A stretch of DNA of 64,000 nt from Pseudomonadota bacterium (GTDB lineage: Bacteria > Pseudomonadota > Alphaproteobacteria > Sphingomonadales > Sphingomonadaceae), in assembly GCA_023433305.1 (NCBI GenBank), contig JAEZCZ010000120.1:8136-72135 (forward strand), in the 5' to 3' direction. Below, piece by piece: positions 9,999 through 21,601 of this stretch. Under the pieces are notes generated by a model. That model saw nothing but the letters and a program-made list of their open reading frames with translations. It was not told the origin of the DNA and made no database searches. Made by a program: the position numbers and the translations under genes. Position 1 is the stretch's first letter. The number at the start of each line of letters is the position of its first letter.

Positions 9999-11669
9999 TC
10001 AGCCGAGCGGCTTGACCTCTTCACCCTGGCTGCTAGTGAAACGGAAGGAATCGACTTCCTTTTCCTTCAGCTTGGCAACCAGTTCGTTGGCTTCGCGGGC
10101 GTTCGAGAACGGTCCGGCCACGAGGCGGTTGGTCTGCCCCCACTTGGCGATGTGCGGCGATGGCTTGTCGAGCAATCCGCCGGCCTCGCGCTTGATACGA
10201 CGCCAGTCGAACTGGAGCGCGGCGGTGTCGCGCCCTGTCGCGACCTGGACCCAGTGGCGGCTGGGGTGAACCGGCTTGGGTGGCGGCGCGGGCGCGGCGG
10301 CGGGTTCGACTTTGGGGACTTCGCGCCGCGGCGTAATGCGGGTGATGTCGACCGCGCCTTCGGCGACGGCCGGACGCACCGGCAAAGAGAAATCGGCAAA
10401 TACCTGCTCGAGCTCAATCGGTTCGGGCGCGGACTCTGGTTCCGGCTGAGGTGCCGGAGGGCTTGGCTGCGCGAGCGCGATCGAAGGCTGCGGCACGTTC
10501 GCGGCCGCCGCCGGCAGCGCGGCGACGACTGTTGCTGGGGGCTGGGGCTGAGGCTGAGGCTGAGCCTGAGGCTGAGCCTGAGGCTGAGCCTGAGGCTGAG
10601 ACTGTGGCGCTTCGGGCGCAGCGGGCGGGCCAACCGCCTCGGCGACGGGCACGACTTGCGGCGTGGGCGTGGGCGTGGGCGCGGCAGCCGGCGGCACGAT
10701 CTCGGGGCGCCGCGGAACTCCGCTCTCCTGGACGCTACTGGGAGACCCCAGGGGCGCGCCGCTCGGAACCAGGCGCGCATCGGCACCGGTAGACGGCGAG
10801 CTTCGGGCGGCCGGCGGGACGAGCGCGGCGAGCGCAGGATCGTCGCGCCCGATCTGCGCAGCCTGCGGGAACACCCCGAGGTTGGCAGCGGCCGCCTGTT
10901 GCGCGCGTGTCAGCCGCGGCATGTAGCGGAGATACGGCGCAATCCGGCCGGACAGGCGATCGGGCAGCATCGTTTCGGCGATCGACACCGCCTCTTCGGT
11001 CTTGCCGAGGATCGCAAGCGCAAAGGCCCGCGTACGATAGGCGGACAAGTCGCTGCGCTGGAGCAGCGGCAGCAGCGTGGCTTCCGAGCCGCGCTGGTCG
11101 CCGGCGATCGCCTGGCTCAGCGCCAGCCGGCGCGTCACGAGCGGATCTTCGCCGAGGGCGAGAAAGGCCCGGTAGGCCTCTTGGGCGTGCGTGTTGTCGC
11201 CGATGAGGTCGTAAGCCAGCCCGCGTTCGGCCGCATGGAAACGCATCGGCTCACCCGCCTGCTCGGCTTCGGCGAACAGGCGCAGCGCCTCGACCGGCTG
11301 CCGGCGCCGCACCATGACCGAGGCGAGGCCAGCCTTGATGCGGCCATCGCCGGGCGCAACCGCCTCGGCACGGCGCAGGAACCCTTCGGCCGCATCCACG
11401 TCGTCCAGCGCGAGCGAGGCCTGCCCGGCGTCGACGAGCGCCTGCACCGAACGCGGATCCTGTGACAGCCGGCGTAGCGCGTCGCTCAGCCGAGAAGAGG
11501 CGGGGTCGGGCAGCGATTGCACGACCGGACGGGCATAGCCTTGCGCCCAGGCAAGGCCGGGCGACAGGCCCAGACCGGCCAACAAGGCCGCGCCCGCGAG
11601 GCGGGCCAGCAAAGGATCAGCAGGCGAAAGCACGGCGCAATCGGATAGCCAGGCGCGGCTGAACCGCAC
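9999..11669 (-). CDS. TPR-repeat / SPOR-domain protein (putative divisome-associated peptidoglycan binder)
   Basis: The 703-aa ORF overlaps ftsZ, so it was trimmed to GTG 11669, which is preceded by GGGAGG 8 nt upstream. Domains in order: N-terminal hydrophobic segment, TPR-like helices, Pro/Gln-rich linker, and a C-terminal SPOR-like domain (HWVQVATGRD...NRLVAGPFSNAREANELVAKLK). Confidence 0.8.
   Translation of the reverse strand: MRFSRAWLSDCAVLSPADPLLARLAGAALLAGLGLSPGLAWAQGYARPVVQSLPDPASSRLSDALRRLSQDPRSVQALVDAGQASLALDDVDAAEGFLRRAEAVAPGDGRIKAGLASVMVRRRQPVEALRLFAEAEQAGEPMRFHAAERGLAYDLIGDNTHAQEAYRAFLALGEDPLVTRRLALSQAIAGDQRGSEATLLPLLQRSDLSAYRTRAFALAILGKTEEAVSIAETMLPDRLSGRIAPYLRYMPRLTRAQQAAAANLGVFPQAAQIGRDDPALAALVPPAARSSPSTGADARLVPSGAPLGSPSSVQESGVPRRPEIVPPAAAPTPTPTPQVVPVAEAVGPPAAPEAPQSQPQAQPQAQPQAQPQPQPQPPATVVAALPAAAANVPQPSIALAQPSPPAPQPEPESAPEPIELEQVFADFSLPVRPAVAEGAVDITRITPRREVPKVEPAAAPAPPPKPVHPSRHWVQVATGRDTAALQFDWRRIKREAGGLLDKPSPHIAKWGQTNRLVAGPFSNAREANELVAKLKEKEVDSFRFTSSQGEEVKPLG
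10541..10604. repeat. about 11 tandem hexamers (SCTGRG) encoding (QP/QA)n
   Basis: The plus strand reads gctggg gctgag gctgag gctgag cctgag gctgag cctgag gctgag cctgag gctgag actg. On the coding strand this gives SQPQAQPQAQPQAQPQPQPQP. Confidence 0.9.
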
Positions 11670-11689
11670 GATAATGGCCTCCCGGAAAG

Positions 11690-13447
11690 CTACTGGTTGT
11701 TCTGCCGGCCGAGGAAGCGCGGAATGCGCAGGGAGCTGCCGCCACCGCCTTCCTCCTCGTCCTCGTCGCTCGGGTTCGAGCTGGCGCGTGACAGATTGGC
11801 CATCCGTTCGAACAGCGTACTGCCGCCGGTTGGCGGAGCCGCCGGCGTGCGGCGCTGCGGCGGCGGGGTCGCGCCGGCATCGGGCTCGCCCAGTTCGTCG
11901 TCGCTGCCACCGAGCATGCGGCGCCGGCGCCCCGGCGTTCCCGCCTGGACCAGGCCATCTTCTTCGGCGAGGCGGCTGGCGTCGAGCAGCAGTTCGTCCT
12001 GAGTGGCCGAGGTCGGCTCCTCCTCGCCGTAACCCTCGGCCTCTTCGGCCTCGAAGGTCAGCTCGAGCGCATCGCCTTCCTCGGCTTCGCCTTCGCCTTC
12101 GTCGTCCCATCCGCCGACGCCTTCGTTGGCGACCTCGGGGTCGCGCTCGATGCGCGTGCCGCTGAGGGAGGCATAACCGCCGCCATGCTCGCCGAATTCT
12201 TCGTCTTCGGCCGGCTCGACCAGGCCTTCTTCTTCGCCGTCCTCCCCTGGTTCGTACGGGCTCGGCGTGCGCAGCGAGCCATAGGCGTCTTCATGCTCGG
12301 CTTCGGCAGTCTCGTCCTCGAACCGCGCCGGCTGAGTGAAGTCGCCCATGCTCTCGCGCGAGGGCGCCGTGGCGACCGCGTCTTCGGCCAGCTCTTCCTC
12401 GGTCGGAAGCGGCAGAACGGGCTTCTTCGGAGCGCGCGCGCCGAAGTTGAGCGGCTGGCTGGCGGAATGGGCCTGCTCGGCGCTCTGCTCGATGCCGGTG
12501 GCGACCACCGAAACGCGGATCTTGCCTTCGAGCATCGGATTGAAAGCCGAGCCCCAGATGATGTTGGCCTCGGGATCGACCAGCTCGCGGATGTGGTTCG
12601 CGGCCTCGTCGACTTCGAGCAGCTTCATGTCCTCGCCGCCGATGATCGAAATGATCACACCCTTGGCGCCGGTCATCGAGACGCCATCGAGCAGCGGGTT
12701 GGCGATCGCCCTCTCGGCCGCCTCGAGCGCGCGATTGTCGCCCTCGCCTTCGCCGGTGCCCATCATCGCCTTGCCCATTTCGCCCATCACCGACCGCACG
12801 TCGGCGAAGTCCAGGTTGATGAGGCCGGGCATAACCATCAGGTCGGTGATCGAGCGGACACCTTGCTGCAGCACCTCGTCCGCGAGCTGAAAGGCTTCCT
12901 TGAAAGTCGTTTCCGCCTTCGCGACGAGGAACAGGTTCTGGTTCGGGATGACCAGCAGCGTGTCGACGCTCTTCTGCAGCTCTTCGATGCCGGATTCGGC
13001 CGAGCGCATCCGGCGCGTGCCTTCGAACAGGAACGGCTTGGTGACCACGCCGACGGTGAGGATGCCCTTGTTGCGCGCGATCTCCGCGATCACCGGCGCC
13101 GCGCCGGTGCCCGTGCCGCCACCCATGCCGGCGGCGATGAAGACCATGTTCACGCCTTCGAGGGCGCGCTCGATCTCTTCCACCGTCTCTTCGGCGGCGG
13201 CGCGCCCCACCTCGGGCCGAGAGCCCGCACCCAGGCCGCGAGTGATCTCCGGTCCGAGCTGAATGCGATGTTCCGCCACGGAGGCGTTGAGCGCCTGCGC
13301 GTCGGTATTGGCGACGATGAAATCGACGCCTTCGATCTCGGCCTCGATCATGTTGGCGATGGCGTTGCCGCCGGCCCCGCCGACACCGATCACGGTGATC
13401 CGCGGGCGCAGCTCCTCCACCGAGGGCGGGCCGATATTGATGCTCAT
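11690..13447 (-). CDS. ftsZ: cell division protein FtsZ (long acidic C-terminal linker)
   Basis: Trimmed to [29 protein letters not shown]. Tubulin signature [10 protein letters not shown]. Linker of about 250 aa rich in D/E. Conserved C-terminal peptide [11 protein letters not shown]. Confidence 0.97.
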   Translation of the reverse strand: MSINIGPPSVEELRPRITVIGVGGAGGNAIANMIEAEIEGVDFIVANTDAQALNASVAEHRIQLGPEITRGLGAGSRPEVGRAAAEETVEEIERALEGVNMVFIAAGMGGGTGTGAAPVIAEIARNKGILTVGVVTKPFLFEGTRRMRSAESGIEELQKSVDTLLVIPNQNLFLVAKAETTFKEAFQLADEVLQQGVRSITDLMVMPGLINLDFADVRSVMGEMGKAMMGTGEGEGDNRALEAAERAIANPLLDGVSMTGAKGVIISIIGGEDMKLLEVDEAANHIRELVDPEANIIWGSAFNPMLEGKIRVSVVATGIEQSAEQAHSASQPLNFGARAPKKPVLPLPTEEELAEDAVATAPSRESMGDFTQPARFEDETAEAEHEDAYGSLRTPSPYEPGEDGEEEGLVEPAEDEEFGEHGGGYASLSGTRIERDPEVANEGVGGWDDEGEGEAEEGDALELTFEAEEAEGYGEEEPTSATQDELLLDASRLAEEDGLVQAGTPGRRRRMLGGSDDELGEPDAGATPPPQRRTPAAPPTGGSTLFERMANLSRASSNPSDEDEEEGGGGSSLRIPRFLGRQNNQ

Positions 13448-13568
13448 TCGATGCTCTCCTCGAGGAGGCGTGGATGGGATGCCTTGCCGGGCTTGTGCCA
13501 CAAAGCGAATCGCGGGTGCAAAAGGTAAATGGAACTATCCACAACCCGCGCAGCACCGTCGCAAACCC

Positions 13569-14864
13569 TTAAAAATATTCCTTCATCGCTGTCCAGATAC
13601 GCATCACTTGCGCGAATCCCGGCGAGCGATGGCTGGTCTGGAACCGCGAGCCGACCGAGCGGATGTCGATCGGATCCTCCGCGGCGTAGAGAACCAGCCC
13701 GGCGAGCGTAGCGAATCCGGGTACCGAATGCGCCTCGGGCAAGCCCTTGAGCGCGGGCGGCCGGCCGATCCGAACGGGCTTGCCGAGCGCGGATTGGGCG
13801 TAGTCGGCGAGGCCCGCGAGCTCCGCGCCACCGCCGGTCAGCACGACTTGGCGGCCGTGCCGGCCCGAATAACCCATCGCCTCGAGCGCCCGGCCCACGT
13901 CGCTGACCAGCTGGTCGAGCTCGCCGGTGATTACGCTGATCAGCTCGGACCGGGGAATGCGGTTGCTCTCGTCGGCGCCGCGCGCGACCGGCCCGGAGCG
14001 CTCGTCGCCGGGCCCGTTGACCGGGATCATCTCGCGATGGTCGGCCGGGCTGGCGATGGCCGAGCCGTAGACGCACTTGAGCCGTTCGGCCTGGAAGCGG
14101 CGAATGCCGAAGGCGCTGGCGATCGCGTCGGTGATGTCGGCTGAACCGCGCGGGATCGCGGTCAGGCCCACCAGCATGCCGCCCATGTAGACCGAAACGT
14201 TGGTCACCTGCGCCCCGAACTCGACCAGCGCCACGCCAAGGTCACGTTCTTCGGCGGTGAGACAGGCGTAGCCGGTGGCGAGCGGCGAGGCGACGACGGC
14301 CTCGACCTCGAGATGAGCGTTCTGCACCGCCTCGGTCAGGTTGCGCATCGGGGCGCCGTCGGCGAGCATGACGTGGACGTCGACCCCGAGCCGCTCGGCA
14401 TGGAGTCCCTGGGGGTTGGCGATGCCTTCCGCGCCGTCCAGGAAGTAGCAGGCCGGCTGAGCGTGGAGCACCATGCGGCCGTCGGGCTCGATGCTGCCTT
14501 GCGCGGAGATCAGCAGGTGCTCGATGTCCTCGTCCTCGATACGCCGGCCGCCTACCTCGATCTCCACCGGTGAGATGCGGCTTTCGAGCCCGGCGCCCGA
14601 GCAGCCGATCCAGACGCTCGCGACGCTCGTCCCGGCCAGCTTTTCGGCACGCTCGATGGCATCGCGGACCGCATAGGTCGCTGCCGCCATATCGGTGATA
14701 TAGCCGCGCCGAATGCCCTGGGCGGCGCGATGGCCGCTGCCGAGCACCATCATCTCGCCGCTTTCCGTGAGGCCCGCGATCATCGCCGATATCCGGAACG
14801 AGCCGATGTTCACCGCGCCGAACACGCGCGCAATACGAGGTCCGCTCTTGGGCTGACTGGCCAT
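13569..14864 (-). CDS. ftsA: cell division protein FtsA
   Basis: Trimmed to MASQPKSGPRIARVFGAVNIGSFRISAM (ATG overlaps the ftsQ stop as TGATG). Actin-like fold, VLTGGGAELAGL, and a C-terminal amphipathic helix MRIWTAMKEYF. Confidence 0.95.
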   Translation of the reverse strand: MASQPKSGPRIARVFGAVNIGSFRISAMIAGLTESGEMMVLGSGHRAAQGIRRGYITDMAAATYAVRDAIERAEKLAGTSVASVWIGCSGAGLESRISPVEIEVGGRRIEDEDIEHLLISAQGSIEPDGRMVLHAQPACYFLDGAEGIANPQGLHAERLGVDVHVMLADGAPMRNLTEAVQNAHLEVEAVVASPLATGYACLTAEERDLGVALVEFGAQVTNVSVYMGGMLVGLTAIPRGSADITDAIASAFGIRRFQAERLKCVYGSAIASPADHREMIPVNGPGDERSGPVARGADESNRIPRSELISVITGELDQLVSDVGRALEAMGYSGRHGRQVVLTGGGAELAGLADYAQSALGKPVRIGRPPALKGLPEAHSVPGFATLAGLVLYAAEDPIDIRSVGSRFQTSHRSPGFAQVMRIWTAMKEYF

Positions 14865-15766
14865 CAGATGCCGCTTTCCATGGCTTCCTGCGCGCGGCCG
14901 GGCACGCGCATGTAGATGCGGTCGGGATTGCGCATGTCGAAAGCGACGACCTTGCCGCCCAGCAGCCGATTGACCCCGTCGAGCCGCGCGAAGCTCATCA
15001 GCGCGCCGGCCGATTCCTCGTCGCCCTGCGGCAGGGCGAGCACCTGCCCAGTCTTGAAAGTCAGGTTCCAGCGCCGGTTGCCGACCCATTCGGCCGCGGA
15101 GACCTGCGGCCGGAGCGCCGGGGCGGCATCGAGCAGGGTCGCGAGCGCTTCGACCTGCGACTGCGCGCCAGGTCCGGAGATTTGCAGCATTCCCTTGGCA
15201 TCGGCCCGCGAGACCGGCTCGAGCTCGTGGCCGGACGCGTCGATCAGGACCAACCGGTCGGGCCGGGCGAGGACCGCGTGGGGCTCGCGCTCGACGATGT
15301 CGACCACGATCGTATCGGGAAGCTGGCGCGAGACGCGCGCGTCCTCCACCCACGGAAGCTCCATCAGCGAGCCGCGCAGCGCGTGCAGATCGACCAGCGG
15401 CATCGCCCGATCCTTCTCGCCGAGTACCCGCTCGTAAACCTTGAGCTCGTTCATCCGCTCGACGCCGCGGACCTCGACCCGGCTCACCTCGTAGCCGGCG
15501 TCGCCCGCGGCCAGCGCGAGCTGTTGTCCGGCCAGTGCCGTGAGGCCGGCCAAGCTGGCAATGACCCAGGCGAGCGCCACTGCGCTGGCGAGGATCGCCA
15601 CCAGGAACGCTTTCTGCAGCTGCTCCTCGGTAAACGGCAGCACGCGCATCAGAGCGTCGAGCAACGAATTGGTCTGCTGCTTCGCCTTGCGGACTTTGGT
15701 GCGCGTTCCCTGGGCGCGGGCCTGGCGCCGGACGGGCTTCGCGTTGCGGCGGATCGTCTGCGCCAT
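14864..15766 (-). CDS. ftsQ: cell division protein FtsQ
   Basis: Trimmed to MAQTIRRNAKPVRR (ATG overlaps the ddl stop as TGATG). Basic N-terminus, one transmembrane helix, POTRA-like region, and its position between ddl and ftsA. Confidence 0.9.
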   Translation of the reverse strand: MAQTIRRNAKPVRRQARAQGTRTKVRKAKQQTNSLLDALMRVLPFTEEQLQKAFLVAILASAVALAWVIASLAGLTALAGQQLALAAGDAGYEVSRVEVRGVERMNELKVYERVLGEKDRAMPLVDLHALRGSLMELPWVEDARVSRQLPDTIVVDIVEREPHAVLARPDRLVLIDASGHELEPVSRADAKGMLQISGPGAQSQVEALATLLDAAPALRPQVSAAEWVGNRRWNLTFKTGQVLALPQGDEESAGALMSFARLDGVNRLLGGKVVAFDMRNPDRIYMRVPGRAQEAMESGI

Positions 15767-16734
15767 CAGCCGCCACCCGTGCGCGTTGGGCTTTCGAGCT
15801 TGCCGAAATGGACCAGCGCGTCCTCGATCACGATCTCTACCAGCTCTGCATAATCGATGCCGCAGTGGCGCGCCTGCTCCGGAACGAGGCTGAGCGGGGT
15901 CATTCCCGGCTGGGTGTTCGTTTCGAGCAGGAAGAGACCTTCGGTGCCCTGCTCGTCGTCCCAGCGGAAATCCGAACGGCTCGTCCCGCGGCATCCGAGC
16001 AGGCGGTGCGCGCGCAACGCATAGTCGAGGCACAGCGCCTCGATCTCGGGCGGTATCTGCGCCGGGCAGACGTGTTCGGTCATTCCCTCGGTGTATTTCG
16101 CGTCGAAATCGTAGAACCCGGACTTCGGCACCAGCTCGGTGACCATCAGCGCTCGGTCGCCGAGCACCGCGGTCGTCAACTCGCGACCGCGAATGTAGGG
16201 CTCGGCCAGCAGGCGGTCGAACTCCTGCCAGGGGCCGGCGGCGTCGCGGCGGATCGGGTTGCCGTAGTTCGAATCCGCGGTGACGATGGCGACGCCGACC
16301 GAAGATCCCTCGTTGACCGGTTTCAGCACATAAGGCCGCGCCAGTGGGTCGGCCTCGTAGAGATCGGCCGACTTGACGATCCGCCCGCCCGGCATCGGGA
16401 TGCCGTGCGGCACCAGCGCGTGCTTGGTCAGCTCCTTGTCGATCGCGATGACCGAGGTGGCGAGCCCCGAATGCGTGTAGGGGATGCCCATCAGGTCCAT
16501 CATGCCCTGCACCGTGCCGTCCTCGCCCGGGACGCCGTGCAGCGCGTTGAACACGACATCCGGCCGCGCCTCCGTGAGCCGCGCGGCGACGTCGCGGTCC
16601 ATGTCGATCCGCGTCACCCGATGCCCGCGCTCTTCGAGCGCGTCGGCTACGCCGTTGCCGCTCATCAGCGAAACGGGCCGCTCGTTGGCCCAGCCGCCCA
16701 TCAGGACGGCGACGTGCAGCTTGGGGAGGGTCAT
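15766..16734 (-). CDS. ddl: D-alanine--D-alanine ligase
   Basis: Starts MTLPKLHVAVLMGGWANERPVSL. Contains GEDGTVQGMMDL and an ATP-grasp C-terminus (LLETNTQPGMT). Confidence 0.95.
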   Translation of the reverse strand: MTLPKLHVAVLMGGWANERPVSLMSGNGVADALEERGHRVTRIDMDRDVAARLTEARPDVVFNALHGVPGEDGTVQGMMDLMGIPYTHSGLATSVIAIDKELTKHALVPHGIPMPGGRIVKSADLYEADPLARPYVLKPVNEGSSVGVAIVTADSNYGNPIRRDAAGPWQEFDRLLAEPYIRGRELTTAVLGDRALMVTELVPKSGFYDFDAKYTEGMTEHVCPAQIPPEIEALCLDYALRAHRLLGCRGTSRSDFRWDDEQGTEGLFLLETNTQPGMTPLSLVPEQARHCGIDYAELVEIVIEDALVHFGKLESPTRTGGG

Positions 16735-16744
16735 GACGGATACC

Positions 16745-17700
<956 letters not shown>

Positions 17701-17704
<4 letters not shown>

Positions 17705-19155
17705 GCCGCGCGCTCCCGCTGGCCGGCGATCGCCGCGGCGAGGCCCGCCGCCCACCTGGTGATGTCGCCTGCTCCGAGACACACCACCATGTCGCCAGGC
17801 TCGATCACCGTCGAGAGGCGCTCCGCCAGTTCCGCCGGACCTTCGATCTCGAACGCGGCGCGATGGCCGCGGTCCTTCAGGCCGTTGACCAGCGCCGCCG
17901 AATCCACGCCCGCGATCGGCGGCTCGCCCGCCGGATAGACCGGGGCGACGAACACCACGTCGGCATCGTTGAAGCAGCCCTGGAACTCGCCCATCAGGTC
18001 GCGCAGGCGGGTGAAGCGATGCGGCTGCGCCACCGCGATCACCCGGCCGCCCGATCCCGAAGAGACCGCCTCGCGCGCCGCCGCGAGCACGGCGCGAATC
18101 TCGACCGGGTGATGCGCGTAATCGTCGATCACCGTCGCGCCCGCCACTTCGCCGACCCGCGTGAAGCGTCGGCGCACGCCGCCGAAGCGGGCGAATCCGG
18201 CGCGGATCGTCTCGTCGCTGCAGCCAAGCTCCACCGCGACCGCGATGGCGGCGAGAGCATTCTGCACGTTGTGCCGGCCAGGCATCGGCAAGGCGATGTC
18301 GGAAATCGTCCGCCGCTGGCCGTCCCGGTCGGTATGGACAGCGTCGAACAGGTTGCCGCCTTGGTCGGGACGGATGTTCTCCCCGCGCCAGTCGGCCTGG
18401 GCCGAGAAGCCATAGGTGATCACCCGCCGGTCACGGACCCGCGCGATGACCCTCTGGACTTCGGGATGGTCGATGCACAGCACCGCTGCGCCGTAGAACG
18501 GCACGTTCTCGATGAACTCGACGAACGCCTCCTTCACCGCATCGAAGCTGCCGTAGTGCTCGAGGTGCTCGGGATCGATGTTGGTGACGACCGCGATCGT
18601 GCCGTCGAGCCGCAGGAAGCTGCCGTCGCTCTCGTCGGCCTCGACCACCATCCACTCGCTATCGCCGAGCCGCGCGTTGGAGCCGTAGCTCTCGATGATG
18701 CCGCCGTTGATCACGGTCGGATCGATGCCGCCCGCGTCGAACAGCGCGGCGACCATCGAGGTGGTGGTGGTCTTGCCGTGCGTGCCGGCGACCGCGACCG
18801 TGCGCTTGAGACGCATCAGCTCGGCCAGCATCTCGGCGCGTCGCACCACGCGGATGCGCGCCTCGAGCGCGGCGGCAACTTCGGGATTGTCCCGCCTCAC
18901 CGCGGTCGAGGTCACCACGACTGCCGCCTCACCGAGGTTGCCGGCGTCGTGGCCAATCAGCACCTTGATCCCGCGCGCCCGCAGCCGCTCCACCGAAGCC
19001 CCTTCCGCGAGGTCGGAGCCCTGCACGCTGTAGCCGAGGTTGTGCATCACTTCGGCGATGCCGGACATGCCGATGCCGCCGATGCCGACGAAGTGGATCG
19101 TCCCGATGTCGGTGGGCATGCGGCCGCCCTGCGCCGGCTGGAGCGCACGGTTCAT
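17701..19155 (-). CDS. murC: UDP-N-acetylmuramate--L-alanine ligase
   Basis: Trimmed to MNRALQPAQ (ATGA overlap with the murG stop). Contains [15 protein letters not shown] and GTHGKTTTT. Confidence 0.95.
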
Positions 19156-20342
19156 CGGGTCGCCCCTCCCGCCAGCGCCGCGCCGGCGGCGGCCGGCGCT
19201 TCGTTGGCGATGCGGATGACGTCCTGGATCGGTGCCGCGCCGAAGCTTTCGACGAGGTCGGCGAGGTCGCTCGCCGCCTTCGGCCGCCCGCAGTTCCAGG
19301 CCGCGTGAGCCGCCGTCGCCAGCGTCTCGGGGTGCTGCGCCATGGCGTTGATCTGCTTGGCGAGCTCCTTGGCGGTGAAGTTGTGCTGGCGGATCGAGCG
19401 CGCACCGCCGGCCTTGACGATCTCGCGCACGTTGGCCGCCTGGTGATCGTCGGTCGCGATCGGCAGCGGCACCAGGATCGCGGGGCGGCCCACCGCCGTC
19501 AGCTCGGCAACGGTCGATGCGCCGGCCCGGCCGATGAACAGGTGCGCATCGGCAAGCCGTGCCTGCATGTCCTCGAAGTAAGTGCCGAGCTCCGCCGGAA
19601 TGCCATGGTTGGCATAGCGCTGGCGGACGGCATCGATATCCTCGGGGCGGCACTGCTGCGTCACCTGGAGGCGCGAACGCAGCGCCGGCGCAAGCATCGC
19701 GAGGCCGTCGGGCACGACTTCCGAGAGCACGCGGGCGCCCTGGCTGCCGCCTGTCACCAGCACGCGCAGCAAGCCTTCGGCGGTGAACGGCGGAAACGGC
19801 TCGTCGCGCAGCTCGAGCACTTGCGGCCGGACGGGGTTGCCGACCAGGTGCACTTTGTCCGCGTGCTTGGGCTTCAACCGGTCGACTTCGGGATAGGCCG
19901 TGGCGATCGCGTTGACGCCCCCGGCGAGCAGCCGGTTCACGCGGCCAAGCACCGCATTCTGCTCGTGGATCACCGTGGGAACGCCCGCCGATCGCGCGGC
20001 CAGCAGCGCCGGCAACGCGGGATAGCCGCCGAAACCGACGACGGCGCTCGGCTCGAAGCTCTCGTAGAGCCGGCGCGCCATGCCCCGCCCCTCCAGCACC
20101 GCCGCAATCCCCTTCGGCCAGGCCAGCGGATTCTTCCCGAAGCGGCCCGCCGGCAGGACGTGCGCGGGGAGGAAATCGGGCTTGCCGGGAATCTCGGCGC
20201 CGCGCGCATCGGTGATCAGCGCGACATGGTGCCCGCGCCGTTCGAGCTCGTGCGCCAGCGCGAAGGCTGGTGTCAGGTGCCCGCCCGTGCCGCCGGCCGC
20301 CAGCACGTAGTGGCGCGAAACATGGTCCGGTCTCGGGTTCAT
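19152..20342 (-). CDS. murG: UDP-GlcNAc:lipid I GlcNAc transferase
   Basis: Trimmed to [26 protein letters not shown] (ATGA overlap with the ftsW stop). GT28 signature. Confidence 0.95.
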   Translation of the reverse strand: MNPRPDHVSRHYVLAAGGTGGHLTPAFALAHELERRGHHVALITDARGAEIPGKPDFLPAHVLPAGRFGKNPLAWPKGIAAVLEGRGMARRLYESFEPSAVVGFGGYPALPALLAARSAGVPTVIHEQNAVLGRVNRLLAGGVNAIATAYPEVDRLKPKHADKVHLVGNPVRPQVLELRDEPFPPFTAEGLLRVLVTGGSQGARVLSEVVPDGLAMLAPALRSRLQVTQQCRPEDIDAVRQRYANHGIPAELGTYFEDMQARLADAHLFIGRAGASTVAELTAVGRPAILVPLPIATDDHQAANVREIVKAGGARSIRQHNFTAKELAKQINAMAQHPETLATAAHAAWNCGRPKAASDLADLVESFGAAPIQDVIRIANEAPAAAGAALAGGATR

Positions 20343-21601
20343 AGCTCGCCATCCGCTTCGTGGCGGCGCTTCCGGCGGGGCCTGGCGAAAGTGACTTCGC
20401 CGGCGTCGCGCCAGTCCAGCCGCTCGCGCTGGAGATAGGGATTGCGCCGCGTAATCGCGAGCAAGAGCCCGACCAGGAAGCATTGCGCGATGGTCGACGA
20501 GCCGCCGTAGCTGACCAGCGGCAGCGTCAGGCCCTTCGAGGGGAAGAGCTGCAGGTTCACCAGGATATTGACGAAAGCCTGCCCGGCGAACAGCGCGACG
20601 AGCCCCGTGGCCGAAAGCAGCACGAACAGGTTGTCCTCGTCGAACAGCCGCAGCATCGCGCGTGCGACGATGGCGAGGTAGAGCAGCACCACCACGCCGC
20701 AGATGAGCAGCCCGAACTCTTCGCCGATCACCGAGAAGATGTAGTCGGTATGCGCTTCGGGAAGGCGCATCTTTTCCGTGCCGAGCCACAGCCCGGCTCC
20801 GGTCCAGCCGCCACCCATCAACGTCCGGCTGGCGAGGTCGACCTGGTCGAACGCCGTGCCGCCGCCGAGGAAGGAATCGATGCGATGGCGCGCGTTGTCG
20901 TAGAAGATGTAAGCCATCGCGAGCATGCCGATGCCCGCCCCTGCCAGGATCCCGATCCGCTGGAGCGGCAACCCGGCGAGCATGACGAGGACGAACCAGC
21001 AGCCGACGAACAGGATCGCGTCGCCGAGGTTCGGCTGGATCATCAGCAGCATCACGACCAGGCCCATGAAGGCGCCGCTCAGCGGGATCACCGGCAATTC
21101 GGGATCGCGCGCGCTCCACGAAAGGATCCAGGCCGTGGCGACCGCGAACGCGGGCTTGAGGAACTCGCTCGGCTGAAAGCGGATCCCGAAGTCGAGCCAG
21201 CGGCGGGCGCCGTTCACCTCGGTCCCGATCAAGGGCACCAGCAGCATCGCGCCGATCATCGCCGCGCTCAGCACGATCGCGCCGCGCCGCACCAGCTCGC
21301 GCGGCATCAGCGAGGTCGCCAGCATCACCAGGATGCCGAGGAACTGGAAGCGCAAGTGCAGCCAGAAGAAGTAAAGATCGCCGAGCTGTTCGCTCCCGGT
21401 CGAAAGCCGGCGTGCGCTCGCGGGCGAAGCGGCCGCGACCGAGATCGCCCCGATCATCATCAGCGCCGCGATCAGGAACAGCAGTCCCCGGTCGAGTTCG
21501 CGCCACCAGATCTGCAACTGGCGCTTGCGGCTGCGCGGGAACTGCTGCGCCGGCGCGCTGCGCTCGCCCGGACGGGGAATATAGGGGCGCAGCGGAGTCA
21601 T
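20339..21601 (-). CDS. ftsW: SEDS-family lipid II flippase/polymerase FtsW
   Basis: Ten predicted transmembrane segments, [10 protein letters not shown] motif, and its position between murD and murG. ATGA overlap with the murD stop. Confidence 0.93.
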   Translation of the reverse strand: MTPLRPYIPRPGERSAPAQQFPRSRKRQLQIWWRELDRGLLFLIAALMMIGAISVAAASPASARRLSTGSEQLGDLYFFWLHLRFQFLGILVMLATSLMPRELVRRGAIVLSAAMIGAMLLVPLIGTEVNGARRWLDFGIRFQPSEFLKPAFAVATAWILSWSARDPELPVIPLSGAFMGLVVMLLMIQPNLGDAILFVGCWFVLVMLAGLPLQRIGILAGAGIGMLAMAYIFYDNARHRIDSFLGGGTAFDQVDLASRTLMGGGWTGAGLWLGTEKMRLPEAHTDYIFSVIGEEFGLLICGVVVLLYLAIVARAMLRLFDEDNLFVLLSATGLVALFAGQAFVNILVNLQLFPSKGLTLPLVSYGGSSTIAQCFLVGLLLAITRRNPYLQRERLDWRDAGEVTFARPRRKRRHEADGEL

